Of a stretch of 64,000 nucleotides of DNA, positions 61,243-64,000 are shown piece by piece. The stretch lies in the NCBI GenBank assembly GCA_965140415.1, contig OZ223209.1, forward strand, positions 4,608,001 through 4,672,000, written 5' to 3'. The notes below the pieces were generated by a model, which was not told the origin of the DNA, made no database searches, and saw only the letters and a program-made list of their open reading frames with translations. The stretch comes from Myxococcota bacterium (lineage in GTDB: Bacteria; Myxococcota_A; SURF-8). A program made the position numbers and the translations under genes. Each line of letters starts with the position of its first letter. Position 1 is the first letter of the stretch.

Positions 61243-61556
61243 GGAAAACTCCTTTCCGAAATGGATTTTTCTCGTTTGGATTTATCGATTTACACTTTAA
61301 TGAATATCTTACGTGAATCAGCTGGACACCAGCTTAGCCGGGAGCGCCAGCAAAAGTCAATCATTTGCAATGCAAGAAAACGATTAAAACACTGCTCGTC
61401 AATTCATTCAGCACCTTTTCAGTGCCTTCAACTCCGATTTTTCCCGAAAAGCAGACAAACCGATCCCTTAGCAAGTGACATTGCTTGTCAGTCAAGGCAG
61501 GGCAGACCGAGGACTAGATCACCGGTCTGCCATCCCCTGAACGTTCAGATGCCTCT

Positions 61557-61898
61557 TTAAGAGCAGGACGAGCAACCGCCCGAACTGCAATCCGCGGAGG
61601 GTTTGGCAAACGCAATCATCAAACCCGTACCACGCCAGGGATCGTTGACGTACTCGATCTTGAGTCCGCCTTCCTGGGTAATTTCCTGGCGCATGCGAGC
61701 ATCTGCCAGAAGGATTACGTTGTCTTTGGAATAAATGATGTCGTCGTCTTTGGGTTCATCCAGAACCAAGCCCAACTTGGGCCCGCCTCAACCAAAGCCT
61801 GCGATGTTGACCCGGACCGCTTTTCCCTGGTATTCCTCGTGGTCAAGCGCCCGAACCAGTTCCTCGTGAGCGTCTTGTGGAATAATCACGTTGACCAT
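61557..61898 (-). CDS. HesB/IscA-like selenoprotein (UGA read as Sec at codon 37)
   Basis: In-frame reading MVNVII...VRVNIAGFG-UGA-GGPKLGLVLDEP...CSSGGCSSCS, with the TGA at 61790-61788. Confidence 0.85.
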
Positions 61899-62140
61899 TC
61901 CAACTGCTTCGTTCTGGCTCATTGATGTTACCTTTCTCAAACAGACTTAACGATCGGGTTTTACATTCGGAGTTTCGCCCCGATCCGGCGAAAGTTCCTT
62001 GATATAAGAAACTGACTCCGTTGTCAAAGACATCAGTAATAAAAACTCTATTCCCATTCTGTGATTAATTGACCTGTTCGTAGCCTTGGAGTAGAGTATC
62101 CTCGATTGTCCGCGACGATTTGGCAGCATCAGGAGGATTC

Positions 62141-64000
62141 GTGGAACCTGCACAAACATCCATTCAACGCCGTTTGTTTTACCTATACGGAATCCTGTTT
62201 CTGACTCCTTTACTGGGAGGAGGAAATCTCCCCTGGCTATTCAACGCCAAAGGCGGGGTGTTTTTATGGGTAGCGTCGGTATTGATTCTCTGGGCCTGGG
62301 TGACTGTTTCGCGCCCGGCTGGATTTAGAGATCTGCTGAAACATCAAGCACTTTGGCCGCTATGGGCTTTGGCGCTATGGTGGATAATCGGAGTTGCAAG
62401 TGCCGATGTGCTGGACTCCACCCTGCAAACGACCACCGTTTGGCTGGCGGTCTTGCTCTTTACGCTGGCAGTGCTGCAACTGCGATTACAAGCTACTGAA
62501 ATCAATAAACTTCTTGGTTTTCTTGTTGCGACCGGCGCTTTGGCCGCATTGTATGGAATATACCAGAATCTCTGGGGATTTGCCGCTACCGCCAACATGC
62601 AGGGACTCAGCGCCGACGATATGCGCCTGCTGCGCGAGGTTCACAGCCAACAGCGGGCGTTTTCCTTTTTCCCCGGCTCCAACATTTTCGGCGGTTTTTT
62701 ACTGCCGCTACTGCCGATTTCCGTTCTGCTGTGGCTCAATACCAAACATACCATTGCCAAACTGATGATTTTGCCGGCAGTTACGGCAATCATCGCCGGA
62801 ATTTTCTTTTCCGGTTCGCGTGGCGCAGTGCTTGGCCTGGTCCTTGCCGTACTGGCCATCGCTGCGGTTCTGTTTAAACGCAAAGGCAAACTTACGGTAC
62901 TCGCCCTGTTTATCGTTCTGCTAGTCGTCGGTTATCTGTTTTTGAATCTGCAACCGAGCACGGATTTGCAAGGCCACCCGATCCAAACCAGTTTCATGGA
63001 TCGCCTGGCCGGTCTGGCCAGCGCCAGCGACGTGTCCATCCGCGCGCGTGTGGGTTACTGGTCCACCGCCTGGCATATGGGACTCGCCAACGCATTCAAC
63101 GGCACGGGACTGGGAAGTTTTGCCGATGTTTCGCGCCTTTACCAAACCCTGCCCAACTACACCCGCGACCCGCATAATATCTTGCTGCGATTGTTTGCGG
63201 AAACGGGCCTGGTCGGCATGGGACTTTTTGTCTGGTTTTTGGTTACGGTAAGCCTGAGCGCATTTAGACAGGCAAAAAAAGGAGAGGGATCGACCACCCC
63301 CTTGCTGCTTTTCGTCGCATTGTCTTTGATGCTGCTTCATAGTCTGATCGATATCGATTTTCTCTCTCCGGCGTTTGTCGCCCTCTTCTTCCTGCTAGGC
63401 GCGCTGATTCTGACTCCCGAACTGCCGGGTATCGTGCAGAAGGGTCGCGAGGTTGATCCGATCTTGCGCACGCTTGCTGCAACAGCAGTCGTGGTGAGCC
63501 TGTTCATTCTTACTCTGCTGCCATTGATGAACCACAATTATCGTCAGCTTGCCCTGGCGGCGGAATCCACCACCTCGCTATCCAAAGCTATCGACCTGAA
63601 CAAGCAGGCTTCCGACTACTGGCCGATCGATGCGGCGGCGCACTACCGTTTGAGTCGCCTGCACTTCAAATTGTTTGAAATGAAAAAAGGGAAGCAAGAC
63701 GTCAAACTGGCGAAACAAGCGGTGGAACAGGCGATCAAGCGTAATCCGTATAACCCGGAATATTTTGTGGGCTACGCCGATACGCTGGCGGCTTCGGGCG
63801 AAATGAAACGGGTACTGCCGCAATTGCGCAAAGCCGCCGAGTTGTATCCGCTTTCGATGTACTATCAGACCCAATATGCGCAAGCTTTGACTTTTAGCGG
63901 TGACCGTCCCAAAGGCTTGAAACTGCTTTCGGATGCGTTGACAAAGCTGGAACCTTTGTATTTAAAGCATAGCAACCCCAATGGCTTCGAACTGATTTCG
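62141..64000 (+). CDS. O-antigen ligase/Wzy_C-family membrane protein with TPR repeats (3' end beyond the window; absent from the ORF track)
   Basis: GTG 62141 after AGGAGG. FSGSRGA, R..YW, GTGLGSF and PHNILLRLFAETGLVG motifs, then AIKRNPYNPEY TPR-like repeats. Confidence 0.85.
   Translation, partial: MEPAQTSIQRRLFYLYGILFLTPLLGGGNLPWLFNAKGGVFLWVASVLILWAWVTVSRPAGFRDLLKHQALWPLWALALWWIIGVASADVLDSTLQTTTVWLAVLLFTLAVLQLRLQATEINKLLGFLVATGALAALYGIYQNLWGFAATANMQGLSADDMRLLREVHSQQRAFSFFPGSNIFGGFLLPLLPISVLLWLNTKHTIAKLMILPAVTAIIAGIFFSGSRGAVLGLVLAVLAIAAVLFKRKGKLTVLALFIVLLVVGYLFLNLQPSTDLQGHPIQTSFMDRLAGLASASDVSIRARVGYWSTAWHMGLANAFNGTGLGSFADVSRLYQTLPNYTRDPHNILLRLFAETGLVGMGLFVWFLVTVSLSAFRQAKKGEGSTTPLLLFVALSLMLLHSLIDIDFLSPAFVALFFLLGALILTPELPGIVQKGREVDPILRTLAATAVVVSLFILTLLPLMNHNYRQLALAAESTTSLSKAIDLNKQASDYWPIDAAAHYRLSRLHFKLFEMKKGKQDVKLAKQAVEQAIKRNPYNPEYFVGYADTLAASGEMKRVLPQLRKAAELYPLSMYYQTQYAQALTFSGDRPKGLKLLSDALTKLEPLYLKHSNPNGFELIS

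Overview
Bacterial chromosomal window of moderately high GC. The gene content looks deltaproteobacterial/Myxococcota-like: sigma-54 regulation, CheX, HDOD, MYXO-CTERM-like and CFI-box-CTERM-like anchors, and a Sec-containing HesB-like gene. This assignment is an inference. Housekeeping genes are truA, nhaA, malic enzyme, a split purH and mreBCD. Known accessory modules are ycjX/ycjF, a DUF1302-DUF1329-YCF48-RND cassette, cheX-cheY, a sigma-54 thiol-redox operon and an AbiJ-like defence gene. The main observations are: (i) about 10 largely unrelated exported proteins all carry tandem Asp-Gly-Asp (DGD-x2/3) tracts, usually next to their membrane anchor; (ii) a membrane protein co-located with cheX-cheY carries three FliM/CheZ-like 'ELD/EID-x-L' peptides; (iii) a dual Cys-PAS sigma-54 activator faces a perfect -24/-12 promoter and a thioredoxin/CcdA operon; (iv) a UGA-recoded HesB-like selenoprotein is missed by the ORF track; (v) two long intergenic hairpins are candidate ncRNAs; and (vi) GTAG-type REP palindromes recur. 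No rRNA, tRNA, CRISPR array or intact transposase was seen. All family assignments come from motif recognition by eye, not from database searches.
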